Shown piece by piece: positions 15,167 through 24,900 of a stretch of DNA of 64,000 nucleotides. This DNA is from Chitinophagaceae bacterium (lineage in GTDB: Bacteria > Bacteroidota > Bacteroidia > Chitinophagales > Chitinophagaceae), in assembly GCA_016713965.1 (NCBI GenBank), contig JADJOC010000005.1:637-64636 (forward strand). Direction: 5' to 3'. Position numbers and translations under genes: made by a program. The notes beneath the pieces were generated by a model. It had not been told where the DNA came from and did not search any database. It worked only from the letters and a program-made list of their open reading frames with translations. The first letter of the stretch is position 1. Every line of letters begins with the position of its first letter.

Positions 15167-15365
15167 ATTATAAAGATAATAAAAACCACCCACCACACAA
15201 AGCCTTAGCTTCTTATTATGTATTGCTGTTGAAGGCAATGAAAAAGTGCCTATAATTCGACGTTATGCTAAACAGGCAGCTACACAGCTAAGCTGCAAGT
15301 GCGATTTAATTGTTTTTGCCCTAGCCACTGGCGAAGATTTTAGCGAAGATTAAAATATATAAAAA

Positions 15366-15560
15366 ATGGGTGATGATTACAGTTATTTAGAAGATTTAAT
15401 TTCTGGATTAACAGGCAGGATTGAAGAACTTGAATCCGAAATATCTTCTTTAAAAGAAACCATAGCTAAAAGTGAAAAGAAAATAAATGAAAGGATTGAT
15501 AGCACAAATAGTGAAATAGACGACATCAAAAGTTCTATTGATGATTTAGAGAACCCCTAA
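15366..15560 (+). CDS. coiled-coil acidic protein (64 aa)
   Basis: Heptad-like LEDLISGLTGRIEELESEISSLKETIAK. Confidence 0.5.
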   Translation: MGDDYSYLEDLISGLTGRIEELESEISSLKETIAKSEKKINERIDSTNSEIDDIKSSIDDLENP

Positions 15561-15702
15561 AATCCAACTCCCTATTAATAGTCCAAATTATTTTTTTTAT
15601 ATCAGATATAGTCGAGCCACTCAAAAATGAAATAATAGCATCAACTGTATTTTTTTGTTCTTGTGATAAACGATTGTATGTTTCACTATGTCCGTTTTCC
15701 AT
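15535..15702 (-). CDS. hypothetical small protein (55 aa)
   Basis: Hand-translated MENGHSETYNRLSQEQKNTVDAIISF...; convergent 26-nt overlap with 15366-15560. Confidence 0.3.
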   Translation of the reverse strand: MENGHSETYNRLSQEQKNTVDAIISFLSGSTISDIKKIIWTINRELDFRGSLNHQ

Positions 15703-15733
15703 ACTCAAATATACAAAATAATACCCTTAAAAT

Positions 15734-15982
15734 ATGAAAATAATATCTACAAACCAAGAAATTAAATGGTACATAATGTCAAAAATAATTTCACTAAAAA
15801 GTGAAATTGACATAGAAGAAATTGTAGGTGGTGATAAAGGTATTATAGTTGATCTTGAAAACAAATCTATCTACCCTAAAGGATATACAGAAAAACTTAC
15901 TGAAAAAATAAATGAGTGTTTATTAATAGAAGAAACTAAACAAATTTTTGAAAACAAAAATTCCCTTTATGATACTATTTGA
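15734..15982 (+). CDS. hypothetical phage protein (82 aa)
   Basis: Intact ORF. Confidence 0.5.
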   Translation: MKIISTNQEIKWYIMSKIISLKSEIDIEEIVGGDKGIIVDLENKSIYPKGYTEKLTEKINECLLIEETKQIFENKNSLYDTI

Positions 15983-16289
15983 TATAAATGAAGCCTTTAA
16001 AATTAAAAACCATTATAAAGATATAATAATAGGAACTCCCTTAACAATCGGGAAGGATGATGATATTTCAGGAATTTTGGTATGCCACAAAGGCAATGTA
16101 AATAAAGCAATAGAAATAATGCTATCTACTAATTTTGATGAGGAACAACATTTGATTGCTTCATTTAGTGAAAATGCTAAAGAATTTGAAATTTATGTAT
16201 ATCATTATGATGGAGCGGATATTTTATATCATGAATTAGATAAATTCATTACAGAAAGAAATTTGCAAAAAATATATTCTGTAAACTAA
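15969..16289 (+). CDS. hypothetical phage protein (106 aa)
   Basis: The ATG at 15969 is preferred over the TTG at 15948. This is the last gene of the + arm. Confidence 0.5.
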   Translation: MILFDINEAFKIKNHYKDIIIGTPLTIGKDDDISGILVCHKGNVNKAIEIMLSTNFDEEQHLIASFSENAKEFEIYVYHYDGADILYHELDKFITERNLQKIYSVN

Positions 16290-16504
16290 ATACCCCAATC
16301 TATTACTCCAGTATTTTTAAATTTCTCAATAGTCATAGTATTTGTTATAATCTCACCCCTTTGATTAAAGAAAGTAACTTCTCGGCTATCGCCTCGATGC
16401 TCCGCAGCTTTAAAACAATTAAAACCGCACTTTGCCAACACACGCTTGCACACAAAGGCTAACCTGTTTAACATAACGCTTATAACATTATAGGACTTTT
16501 TCAT
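16286..16504 (-). CDS. hypothetical protein (72 aa)
   Basis: ATG at 16504. This is the last gene of the minus arm, with a 4-nt convergent overlap with 15969-16289. Confidence 0.45.
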   Translation of the reverse strand: MKKSYNVISVMLNRLAFVCKRVLAKCGFNCFKAAEHRGDSREVTFFNQRGEIITNTMTIEKFKNTGVIDWGI

Positions 16505-16533
16505 TTTTCTTATTGATTTGAGCAACAGCAATA

Positions 16534-16580
16534 TTGCGATTTTTTAATAATTATTTTTTTATTTGAATAAAAAATCGCAA
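16534..16580. repeat. perfect 13-bp inverted repeat TTGCGATTTTTTA / TAAAAAATCGCAA
   Basis: 21-nt AT loop between two minus-strand genes; could be an operator or a terminator. Confidence 0.5.
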
Positions 16581-16607
16581 ACATCAACTTTTGTACATCA
16601 AATATAC

Positions 16608-16757
16608 TTATTTAATTTTGTTATCCAAAAATTCTTTCCCCTTACTTTCTGCAATTCTTTCTATCAAATTTATAATACGCTGTACCCACCATTTTTTCCA
16701 AAAAGAACCTTTCTCTTTCTGTACTTTAAGTTCTTCTATTAGTTGATTTACTTGCAT
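16608..16757 (-). CDS. hypothetical small protein (49 aa)
   Basis: Hand-translated MQVNQLIEELKVQKEKGSFWKKWW... Confidence 0.35.
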   Translation of the reverse strand: MQVNQLIEELKVQKEKGSFWKKWWVQRIINLIERIAESKGKEFLDNKIK

Positions 16758-16760
16758 ATA

Positions 16761-16997
16761 TTATGATTTTTCAGTTTCGTTATAATCTTCTTTATCCGAT
16801 AAAAGGGCTTCCATACTTTCCAAAAATCCTGATACTCCAGTTCTAACTATCAACATTACAAAACTATCTTGTAAATAACCTCTAGCAAGCAATATTATAG
16901 AAGCAGTATCAGCCAATAATGTTATTGCTCTTTTTAACCTCCTAAACCATTTTGGAGCAAGAGACTTTATGTTTTTAATTCCAAAAGTAGTTGTCAT
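16761..16997 (-). CDS. small membrane protein, holin-like candidate (78 aa)
   Basis: Hydrophobic segments and a charged acidic C-terminus. Confidence 0.4.
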   Translation of the reverse strand: MTTTFGIKNIKSLAPKWFRRLKRAITLLADTASIILLARGYLQDSFVMLIVRTGVSGFLESMEALLSDKEDYNETEKS

Positions 16998-17024
16998 TTT
17001 TTTATTAAATTTAATAAATTTATT

Positions 17025-17528
17025 TTATAATTCCACTATAATACCTACTATTTGTACAAATTTATCATGCTTATTCTTTTCAACTACGGCTTTACAGCTT
17101 ACTAAAAGCTGTTTATTATTAGAGGTAATAGTAAATTTCTCGTCAAAAAATATTTTTTTAGTAACCATCTCTTGCCATGAATAACGTATTTTATCAGCTT
17201 CTAGTATGTGTTTATACCAGCCTTGCGCCGCCTCTTGTGTTAAATCAAACATTTCACACCAAGCTGGATTAACATAGATAATGTTACCTGTTTCGTGGTC
17301 TGCCATGAATATAGCGAAAGGGGATAGTTTTATGAGAGAGCCTATTTTTAATTCGTGGGTGTGAACAACATTATCTAAAGTATTAAATTTTTTAGATAAT
17401 CCTAATTGATTTTTACACCAAAGGTAAGCTGGTTTGATAAATTTTTGATAGCCCTTCCATGCTCCTATGATGGCAGTTCCAGCTACGCCGTAATTTACTA
17501 TGAGTTGTTTTATATAACCCCAATCCAT
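17025..17528 (-). CDS. membrane-anchored PAS-domain protein (167 aa)
   Basis: N-terminal hydrophobic helix, then a PAS-like core FAIFMADHETGNIIYVNPAWCEMFDLTQEAAQGW... Confidence 0.5.
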   Translation of the reverse strand: MDWGYIKQLIVNYGVAGTAIIGAWKGYQKFIKPAYLWCKNQLGLSKKFNTLDNVVHTHELKIGSLIKLSPFAIFMADHETGNIIYVNPAWCEMFDLTQEAAQGWYKHILEADKIRYSWQEMVTKKIFFDEKFTITSNNKQLLVSCKAVVEKNKHDKFVQIVGIIVEL

Positions 17529-17557
17529 CTATTTAGTTTTCGGTACGATATTAAATT

Positions 17558-17794
17558 TTAGGATTTTATCCCATTTTTCTTGCTTTTACCTATATCCTTA
17601 TATACTAATCCATAAAATAAAGCCCATCCTACTAATGTTAGGAAAGACCCTATGGTAATATTAGTAAATGATAAATCATATATTGATGTGCCGCAATACA
17701 AACCAAAAGCCGACCCTAGTACAAACCAAAATGATTCTTTTCTTGTCATAATTTTGATATTATGAAGTACATAAATAGTTTTATTGCTGCCCAT
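17558..17794 (-). CDS. small membrane protein (78 aa)
   Basis: Two hydrophobic helices. Confidence 0.5.
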   Translation of the reverse strand: MGSNKTIYVLHNIKIMTRKESFWFVLGSAFGLYCGTSIYDLSFTNITIGSFLTLVGWALFYGLVYKDIGKSKKNGIKS

Positions 17795-17858
17795 AATTTA
17801 ATTATTATATATCCTACTAAAAACCCAGATAAACTTAACTCTGCTTTTCTTTTGCATT

Positions 17859-18215
17859 TCACTTCTTTTTATTTGAACGGTAATATAAAACAATTATAGC
17901 TAATACTAATCCCCAAAATTCACTAATTTGATATTCTAAAGGATTTAAAATACATTGGGTAAACAATTTAGACCAGCTTAATGTTAAGAAAAAATCACTC
18001 ACTAAATAAAATGAAAAAGATTTATTTTTAAAGTACTCTTTGCAAATTGTAATGAAACAAACAGTACCCAAAAATAAACCAAAAAAATAAAGCCATTCCC
18101 CTACATTTTTATTAGGGATCAGCTTCCAAAAAACATTTGTTGTCAAGTAAATTAATCCACCTAACAACATAATAACTCCAAAAAAATTATGATTAAGCTC
18201 TTTCTTATGATTCAT
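17859..18215 (-). CDS. multi-pass membrane protein (118 aa)
   Basis: 3-4 hydrophobic helices. Confidence 0.5.
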   Translation of the reverse strand: MNHKKELNHNFFGVIMLLGGLIYLTTNVFWKLIPNKNVGEWLYFFGLFLGTVCFITICKEYFKNKSFSFYLVSDFFLTLSWSKLFTQCILNPLEYQISEFWGLVLAIIVLYYRSNKKK

Positions 18216-18339
18216 CTTTATTAGTTTGTGGAGGATGTGGAGGATGTGGCCCTACAAAAGCAGAAGATTCATCTTCATTAATGACTGCCAATATTTGAGC
18301 AACTGCTTTTCTAATTTCTTTTTTTTGTTCTTCTGTCAT
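18205..18339 (-). CDS. hypothetical small protein (44 aa)
   Basis: Hand-translated MTEEQKKEIRKAVAQILAVINEDE...PHPPHPPQTNKDES; overlaps the next gene's start. Confidence 0.35.
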   Translation of the reverse strand: MTEEQKKEIRKAVAQILAVINEDESSAFVGPHPPHPPQTNKDES

Positions 18340-18345
18340 AAATAT

Positions 18346-18771
18346 TTAATTTTCTGGTTCTACTATCCACCATTTTAAAATGCTATTATCATTTTCATTT
18401 ACTAAATTAAAAGGCTCTGGATAAGCCAGTTCACTTCTTATTATAAAAGAAACTCCATCAACAATATCTTCTTCACGTACTATTAAAACAAATGGTTCTA
18501 ATGTTCCAAAATTAGGTTTTTTATACGAAAAAAACACTACACTTTTTTTAGTTATTTTTTTAGTAAAAACGTTTGCTAATCCTGCCACTAATGTAGCCTC
18601 TCCTAGTGATGAATTTAACCCATTTTTTACATATAACTTATCCCTAATTAACAAATCCCCATTTATATCTAAGGTTTTTTGGGGATTTGTTGTATTAATC
18701 CCTACCATTTTTTGGGCATAAATATTAAATGATACACAAAACAAGAGTGTATATAAAATGGCTATTCTCAT
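18346..18771 (-). CDS. secreted protein with signal peptide (141 aa)
   Basis: MRIAILYTLLFCVSFNIYAQ signal peptide from the ATG at 18771. Confidence 0.5.
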   Translation of the reverse strand: MRIAILYTLLFCVSFNIYAQKMVGINTTNPQKTLDINGDLLIRDKLYVKNGLNSSLGEATLVAGLANVFTKKITKKSVVFFSYKKPNFGTLEPFVLIVREEDIVDGVSFIIRSELAYPEPFNLVNENDNSILKWWIVEPEN

Positions 18772-18772
18772 A

Positions 18773-20461
18773 TTAATTGGCAGGATAATATTTAACAATC
18801 ATTAAATTCTGATTAATGTCATTATTTCCCACTCCTATTCCTGTCGCCTTTAAGGCTAAATTAGTGGTAAAATCTTCTGCACCTCCTGCATATTCGGATT
18901 GAGTTGAAAATAATGAACTACTACCAACAATTTGTTCTATAGTAATTAATTGTGTATTAGATGCTGTTCGGACAATAGTTCCTTTCAAAAGAATACTGCC
19001 ATCATTTTGATTTTGCGCTCCAGTTGTATAAAAATCTGTTCCGCCAAGATATAATATAATTTGTTTGCTGTTAGCATTGGAAGCAAAGAAAAAATGCATA
19101 TAAAATTCAATATAATCCCCATTAGAAGAAAGGGTATTGGCTGGGATTGTATCTACCATTAAATCATCTATTCCCCCTCCTACATTGCCTACCTGTGTAG
19201 TATTAGTATTTATATTTCGTCCAAATTTTTGATTTGCCCAGCTTGTCGTTGCTATTTGCCTACTGTTATCACTAGCTGATATACTCCCTTGATATACAGC
19301 ACTGTCTTGTGCATTTAAATATAAACTTTGAACACCTGTAATTGTTAAATCATTGCCATCTCCTGTAATTACCCTATCTCCTGTTAATATGCCATTACTA
19401 TTATAAATATTTTTTATCCCTACCCCCCATGTGCTTGTTTTGCGAACATTACCATCGGCATCCATTACCATTGGTTTAAAAGTAGTAGTATCTGTAGTAG
19501 TAGTAATGCCTGATGAAAATTTTGTAGCCCCATTACGTAGCATTTGAAAGGCATTTGCTCTAACTCCTACCCCAATACCATTACCAATGGTAAATATAGG
19601 ATCGGTGGCTACTTGTGTTGATGTATTGTTAAGATAGTAATTTGTAGTATCATTATAAGCCCCAAAAACAACCCCATTTAAAGTATTCATATAAGTTCCT
19701 ACGCCTGTAGAAAGCGAATTGTTTCCTACTGCTTTTGTGAAATTCCCTATCGCTGTAGATACTACACCACTTGCTGTATTTGTTGTGCCAAAAGAAGTTG
19801 AATTATTTCCACTTGCTGTAAGGGATTCTCCTGCTGCGAATGAAGATGCGCCACTAGCGGTAGAACCACTTCCTATAGCAGTAGCATAAAGACTACTAGC
19901 AATATTACCTGCACCAATAGTTGCGGAATAATTGCCACTTGATTCATTTACAGACCCTATAGAAAAAGAGCCTGTTCCACTAGCGATATTATTTTGCCCT
20001 CCCGAAAAAGAGTATTGTCCTATATTAGCCACATCCCATTGTGTTCCGCTTACCTCACCAGCCCTAAAAGCCGCCAAATCATATATCCATTGAAATTTAG
20101 TACCTGCTCCTTCTACTGTATCTGTTAAACGGATTACATCCCCTGTAATTATTTTAACTCCCCTATCTGCTGTATAAACTGGAGCGTTCCCATTAGAAAG
20201 TAATACCCATTTTTTGGGGCTATTTTGCCTATACCATATAGAGTTTACATCATAAGTATAAATAATTGCACCTGCTGTATCAATGCCTTTTTCTAAGTTA
20301 GCTGCCACAGTATCTACGTACCTAGGCATAAAAGCATTATATAACCACATACCCCTACCATCTTGTGTTGTGTTTGCCGAACCTGCCCTATTAATAATAG
20401 GTTGGGAAAATGAGCCATAAAACAGAAATATAATAAAAATACTTAGTAATAGTTTTTTCAT
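18773..20461 (-). CDS. fibre/adhesin-like protein with YadA-head-type 14-residue repeats and an N-terminal signal-like peptide (562 aa)
   Basis: MKKLLLSIFIIFLFYGSFSQ, then about 7 consecutive 14-aa repeats (GxxNxASGxxSxxx, about aa 163-262, nt 19675-19975). Confidence 0.6.
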   Translation of the reverse strand: MKKLLLSIFIIFLFYGSFSQPIINRAGSANTTQDGRGMWLYNAFMPRYVDTVAANLEKGIDTAGAIIYTYDVNSIWYRQNSPKKWVLLSNGNAPVYTADRGVKIITGDVIRLTDTVEGAGTKFQWIYDLAAFRAGEVSGTQWDVANIGQYSFSGGQNNIASGTGSFSIGSVNESSGNYSATIGAGNIASSLYATAIGSGSTASGASSFAAGESLTASGNNSTSFGTTNTASGVVSTAIGNFTKAVGNNSLSTGVGTYMNTLNGVVFGAYNDTTNYYLNNTSTQVATDPIFTIGNGIGVGVRANAFQMLRNGATKFSSGITTTTDTTTFKPMVMDADGNVRKTSTWGVGIKNIYNSNGILTGDRVITGDGNDLTITGVQSLYLNAQDSAVYQGSISASDNSRQIATTSWANQKFGRNINTNTTQVGNVGGGIDDLMVDTIPANTLSSNGDYIEFYMHFFFASNANSKQIILYLGGTDFYTTGAQNQNDGSILLKGTIVRTASNTQLITIEQIVGSSSLFSTQSEYAGGAEDFTTNLALKATGIGVGNNDINQNLMIVKYYPAN

Positions 20462-20507
20462 TTGTTGTTTGTTGGGTTTTAATGTTTAATAAAAAGCAGA
20501 ATACGGA

Positions 20508-21047
20508 TTAAACATTTTTAACTATGTATATATTAAGTAAAACTTTGTTCGGATCAAAAACAGCCGCATCAAATCCGTCAATTGTTATATTTATACCATC
20601 TACGGTAGTAACATATTCATCAGGATTATCCAAATACTTAGGAATAAAATTTGCAAATATTTGTAAATTTTCCCCAGCAATATATGGATTATTATAAGCT
20701 GTAGCAGTTGCAAAATCCCCTGGATAAACTGGTATTAAATAAGGTGCATTATCATTATTAGGGTTATTAGGATCGACTACTACTCCTCCACCTCCTAAAT
20801 TTAATATTTGTGCCGCTTTTTTAGCATTATTACAAAGTGATAACAAGTAATTTGAAGTTCCGAAAAGAGTGGAATCAGCAGGATTTTTATCAAATGCCCA
20901 TTCTACTGATTTTCTTTCTATGTATAGTATTTCGGGTAAAATCGGGTTAAGAGTAGCACCAAATAAACTGCCATTCCTTACATCACTAGCAGTTAAGTAT
21001 TGACATATTTTAGCGATATTTATTTTTTCTTCGGTTGTATATGCCAT
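20508..21047 (-). CDS. virion-associated hypothetical protein (179 aa)
   Basis: Intact ORF with ATGA-type coupling to its neighbour. Confidence 0.55.
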   Translation of the reverse strand: MAYTTEEKINIAKICQYLTASDVRNGSLFGATLNPILPEILYIERKSVEWAFDKNPADSTLFGTSNYLLSLCNNAKKAAQILNLGGGGVVVDPNNPNNDNAPYLIPVYPGDFATATAYNNPYIAGENLQIFANFIPKYLDNPDEYVTTVDGINITIDGFDAAVFDPNKVLLNIYIVKNV

Positions 21048-21559
21048 TAGAAAAATAAATTTTCGTTTAATCTAAAATAAGAGGCTGCATCATAATTTTC
21101 CTGTGCATTGGTTATATCATTTCCCCAAACAATTGCTTGATCGCCCGAATCTATTAAAACTCGTGTTTTACTTTTGTTGTTAAAGTAGTTAGTATCTTGT
21201 AATACATCAGGGTTATTTTGTTGGTATTGAGTTAAGGAGTACAGGAAATTTTCATTGTACCAAGTAAAGCCATACAAATCACTTTTACTATATAAAACAA
21301 TATTCCCCACATTAAGCCATTGCACTAAAATCAGCAAGGCGTAATCTGTATTTAAAACATCAATATCAATACTAGCATCTAAATAATTCCACTCAATATA
21401 ATCAGTAAGCGTTCCTGTTGGTACTAAATAACTTCCATCTGCTTGTTGTAAATAAGCCCTTCTTTGTGTTATGGCTGCATCTGCTCCTGTTGAAGTATCA
21501 GTAAGCCTAATAGTAGTTGCATTAGGTTGAGAAACAGTAAATAATGGAGTTAGTGGCAT
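21047..21559 (-). CDS. virion-associated hypothetical protein (170 aa)
   Basis: Intact ORF downstream of the giant gene. Confidence 0.55.
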   Translation of the reverse strand: MPLTPLFTVSQPNATTIRLTDTSTGADAAITQRRAYLQQADGSYLVPTGTLTDYIEWNYLDASIDIDVLNTDYALLILVQWLNVGNIVLYSKSDLYGFTWYNENFLYSLTQYQQNNPDVLQDTNYFNNKSKTRVLIDSGDQAIVWGNDITNAQENYDAASYFRLNENLFF

Positions 21560-21639
21560 CTGTTATTTTGTTATATCAAAAATATAAAATTTATTTGGAT
21601 ATACAAGCATTATATTTTTTTACATTACTTTTTTAAAAT

Positions 21640-21685
21640 AGAGTAAAAGTACTCTTGTTTCATTTGATTACGCACAGTAATTTTA
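21640..21685 (+). promoter_or_regulatory. phage promoter family copy P5
   Basis: AGAGTA-aaag-TACTCTTG (21640-21657), a 20-nt spacer, then TAATTTTA (21678-21685), upstream of the lone + strand gene. Confidence 0.5.
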
Positions 21686-21715
21686 CCATATTAATTAATC
21701 TTTTAAAAATATTAC

Positions 21716-21940
21716 ATGCTTATTTTAGAATATACTTGTAGAATATTATTTATGTTAGCAGCACTTTCTATCGCACTAACTTTTATTGTATTAATACTTC
21801 AAAAAATATTTATCAAAAAAAATAAAAAACTTGATAAAATTAATGATAAAATAGCATATATGGGAGGTATTTGTATTGGATTATTAATATTAAATGGAAT
21901 ATTAGTTGTTGTATATATGGTTATCAGTAAATCTATTTAG
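21716..21940 (+). CDS. two-pass membrane protein, moron-like (74 aa)
   Basis: Two hydrophobic helices. It is the only + strand gene inside the minus-strand tail module and has its own P5 promoter. Confidence 0.5.
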   Translation: MLILEYTCRILFMLAALSIALTFIVLILQKIFIKKNKKLDKINDKIAYMGGICIGLLILNGILVVVYMVISKSI

Positions 21941-24900
21941 ACTTCTCTGGCCTATATCCAAGATATTCAATGAACCCTCCTTTAAATATCCCGTTCCACA
22001 CACCTTGTGATGGGCTAAAATCTCCACTATAAGGGTCTTTCCCAGTTATTCCTTGATATAATACTTTCCCATCTTTTACTAATCGCCAAGGAAGCGGTAA
22101 ATTAAACTTAGAACCTACCACTTCTCCTAATGACCCCCACATTTTACCTTTATCTCCTTTTTCAGCATAATCTATAGCTTTTATAGCTTTTGTAGTAGCA
22201 TCAAAAGAATCATTTTTATTTAAAATATTTTTAAAATAATACCCTAATTCTTCATTTTCAGCAGCCATTTGTGTAAGTAAAAATTCTGGTGTAAATGTAT
22301 CTAAATAACGCTTAGACCATTTATTTTTGTTTCTCCACTCTCTATAATCATCTGTACTTGCTACCCCCATAAAGGCAAGGTATGTTAATAATGAAGCCCC
22401 CCCACCTATTGCGCCACGCATATATTTATCTTTATAACGGGCTTGATTATACAATGCTCTTTCTAAATATTTCATACCTGATTCACTAGCTAAATCAATC
22501 CTAGACCTTTTGCCACCAGATGCCAATTGATAACCTAATCCTGTAAATAGCCCTAATCCTGTTTTTTCTAATTTAAGTACTAGCCAGTTCGTCCCACCAC
22601 CAACAAATGGATTAATCATATTTCTCCATATAGAGGATTTATAAGTTAAATAAGCACCTCTATTCCAATCTTTTTCTTTAACTGCTTCTTGTATTTTCTT
22701 TTCTATAGAGCCTGTATATCCAGTTACCATTGCTGATAATGGATTATTAGCTTCATGCCCCAAGCCTTCACCTGCTGCTTTATATGCTGCTTTATATGCT
22801 GCTTCAATTTGTTCAGTAGTTAATTTTTCTCCCATCTCTAGTGCAGATTTAACTATATCATTTGCAAACCTGTCAATAGATGTTTGTGTAGTGGGGACTA
22901 ATTCCTCTTTAGCATCTTTATTTATTTTTTCTATAACCTCTTTTGCTGTTACCTGTGCATCCTTAAAAGTTTGACCTGTTAATTTTTCTGAAACAAATTT
23001 AACAGCTTCATCCTTTGACATTCTATTTTTATTAGTTTCGTGTGTGAGTATTTTAATAAGATTATGAGCAAATTTCTTCTCTGTAATAGATTGCTTAAAC
23101 ATTGCATCCATCGCATCTAATGTTGCCTTCCCTGTTAATACAGAAGCTATACCTTGATATAATTGATTGTCGGATAATTTATTTACATAATCATCTAATT
23201 TAGCCCGATTTGTAAATTGGTGATTAACATCCCCATAACCAACCCCACCATTTACTAACATATCTTTATATATTGTCTTCATCATAGCATTTCTATGTTT
23301 AGCCATTTGCTTAGTACCAATACCTTCTTTACTTAATTCGCCTCCTATTTTTTCAAAGGCATTCTGTATTGCACCAGAAAAAGGATTTTCTACAGTTTGC
23401 TTTAAATTATTAAGTACCATTGTTTGGCTTATATCCATATAACTCCTAACTATATTTGCCATTTTAAAATTATTGTTCCCTTGCATTTTTGCCTCTTTAG
23501 ATAATAATAACCTTAAATTGTTTTCTAATTGCTGCATAGCAGCCTTAGAACTAACATCATTTAATTTCACTCCTTTAAAACTACTAGAATATAAAGTTTG
23601 CATTGCATTGGCTATTTTTTTAGCTTGCTCAAACCCCTGTGGGCTTATACTTGACCCTATGGCTGTATTAATAAGTTTATCATACTCTGCCGTATCTTTA
23701 TCAAATAATCCATAGTTGTATAATTCAGCTAATTTTTTAGCTGCTCCTTTTTGTTCAGGTGATACACTTTCTTTATTTCTTTTAGCCAATTCGTTCATTG
23801 ATTTTTCAATAATTGAAGCACGCAGAGTATTGTATTCTTCAATTAATTCTCCCTGCATTTTTTGCACTTCCTCTTTACTCATACCTTTATCTAGTAAAGC
23901 CTTTTCTACATTAGATTTTATTTTATCAATACTTCCTTCTTCGCCAGCCAATTTCTTCCAATCTAATATTTTTCTTTTCTCCCCTTTTATAGTAGTAGTC
24001 CTATTAAAACCAGCATCAATTAAAGCCTCTTTTACTGTTTGTTGTATAGACTTATCATTTTCTTTTACATTGACTTTGTTTTCTTCAAACCCTTTTAAAT
24101 AATCTTTTCTAAATTCATCTTCTTTTTCCCAGTTTTTACCATACTTCTCTTTTATTTTTTTAATACCTAATTCTATTGCATCAGCAACTTTAACACCTGC
24201 TTTAATGGCATTTTTTATTGTTGTTATACCTGCATCAATTATAGCCACAGGAACACCTAACCCAGCATCATACAATTTGCTCCTTAATTTCTTTTGTATA
24301 GATTCTAAAGCTGCAATTGCCTTGTCTGCTTTTTTTCTTCTTTCAGTAGGTAATTCTTTATAAATTTTATCAATCTCTTTTGCAACACCCTCCTCAACCA
24401 TTTTTTCTATTTGAGCATTTTTATCTAAATTAACCTGCTCATTTTCTACCTCTTTAACTTCCGATTCTTTATTAATAATATCCGCATCAGCTTCTAATGC
24501 TTTTTCAATATCTGATTTTTTTTCTAATTCTTTACTTGAAAAAAAGCTATCAGTTATTTTTGAAGTATCATAACCAACTTCTGCTATTTTCCTTAACCTA
24601 GCCATATTTAAGGCTAATGAATTTTCCCTAGAAAATGCCTGCGATTTTTCATAAACCAATTTCTGTAATTTATTTATACGTTCAACATTTGGGCTTTCTA
24701 ATTTTTCTTTTGCTAAAGCATTTTCCAAACTTATATAAATAAGTGCTTTATTTGGGATAGGTAAATTTTCTTTCCCTACATATTCTAATAATTTTTCTAC
24801 ATATTCATCACCAAAAACCTCTTTTGATTTTTCAATTACTTTTTCACCATGCAATAACGCTGGCAATAATTCTTGTTTGATTATTTCCTGATTATTTTGT

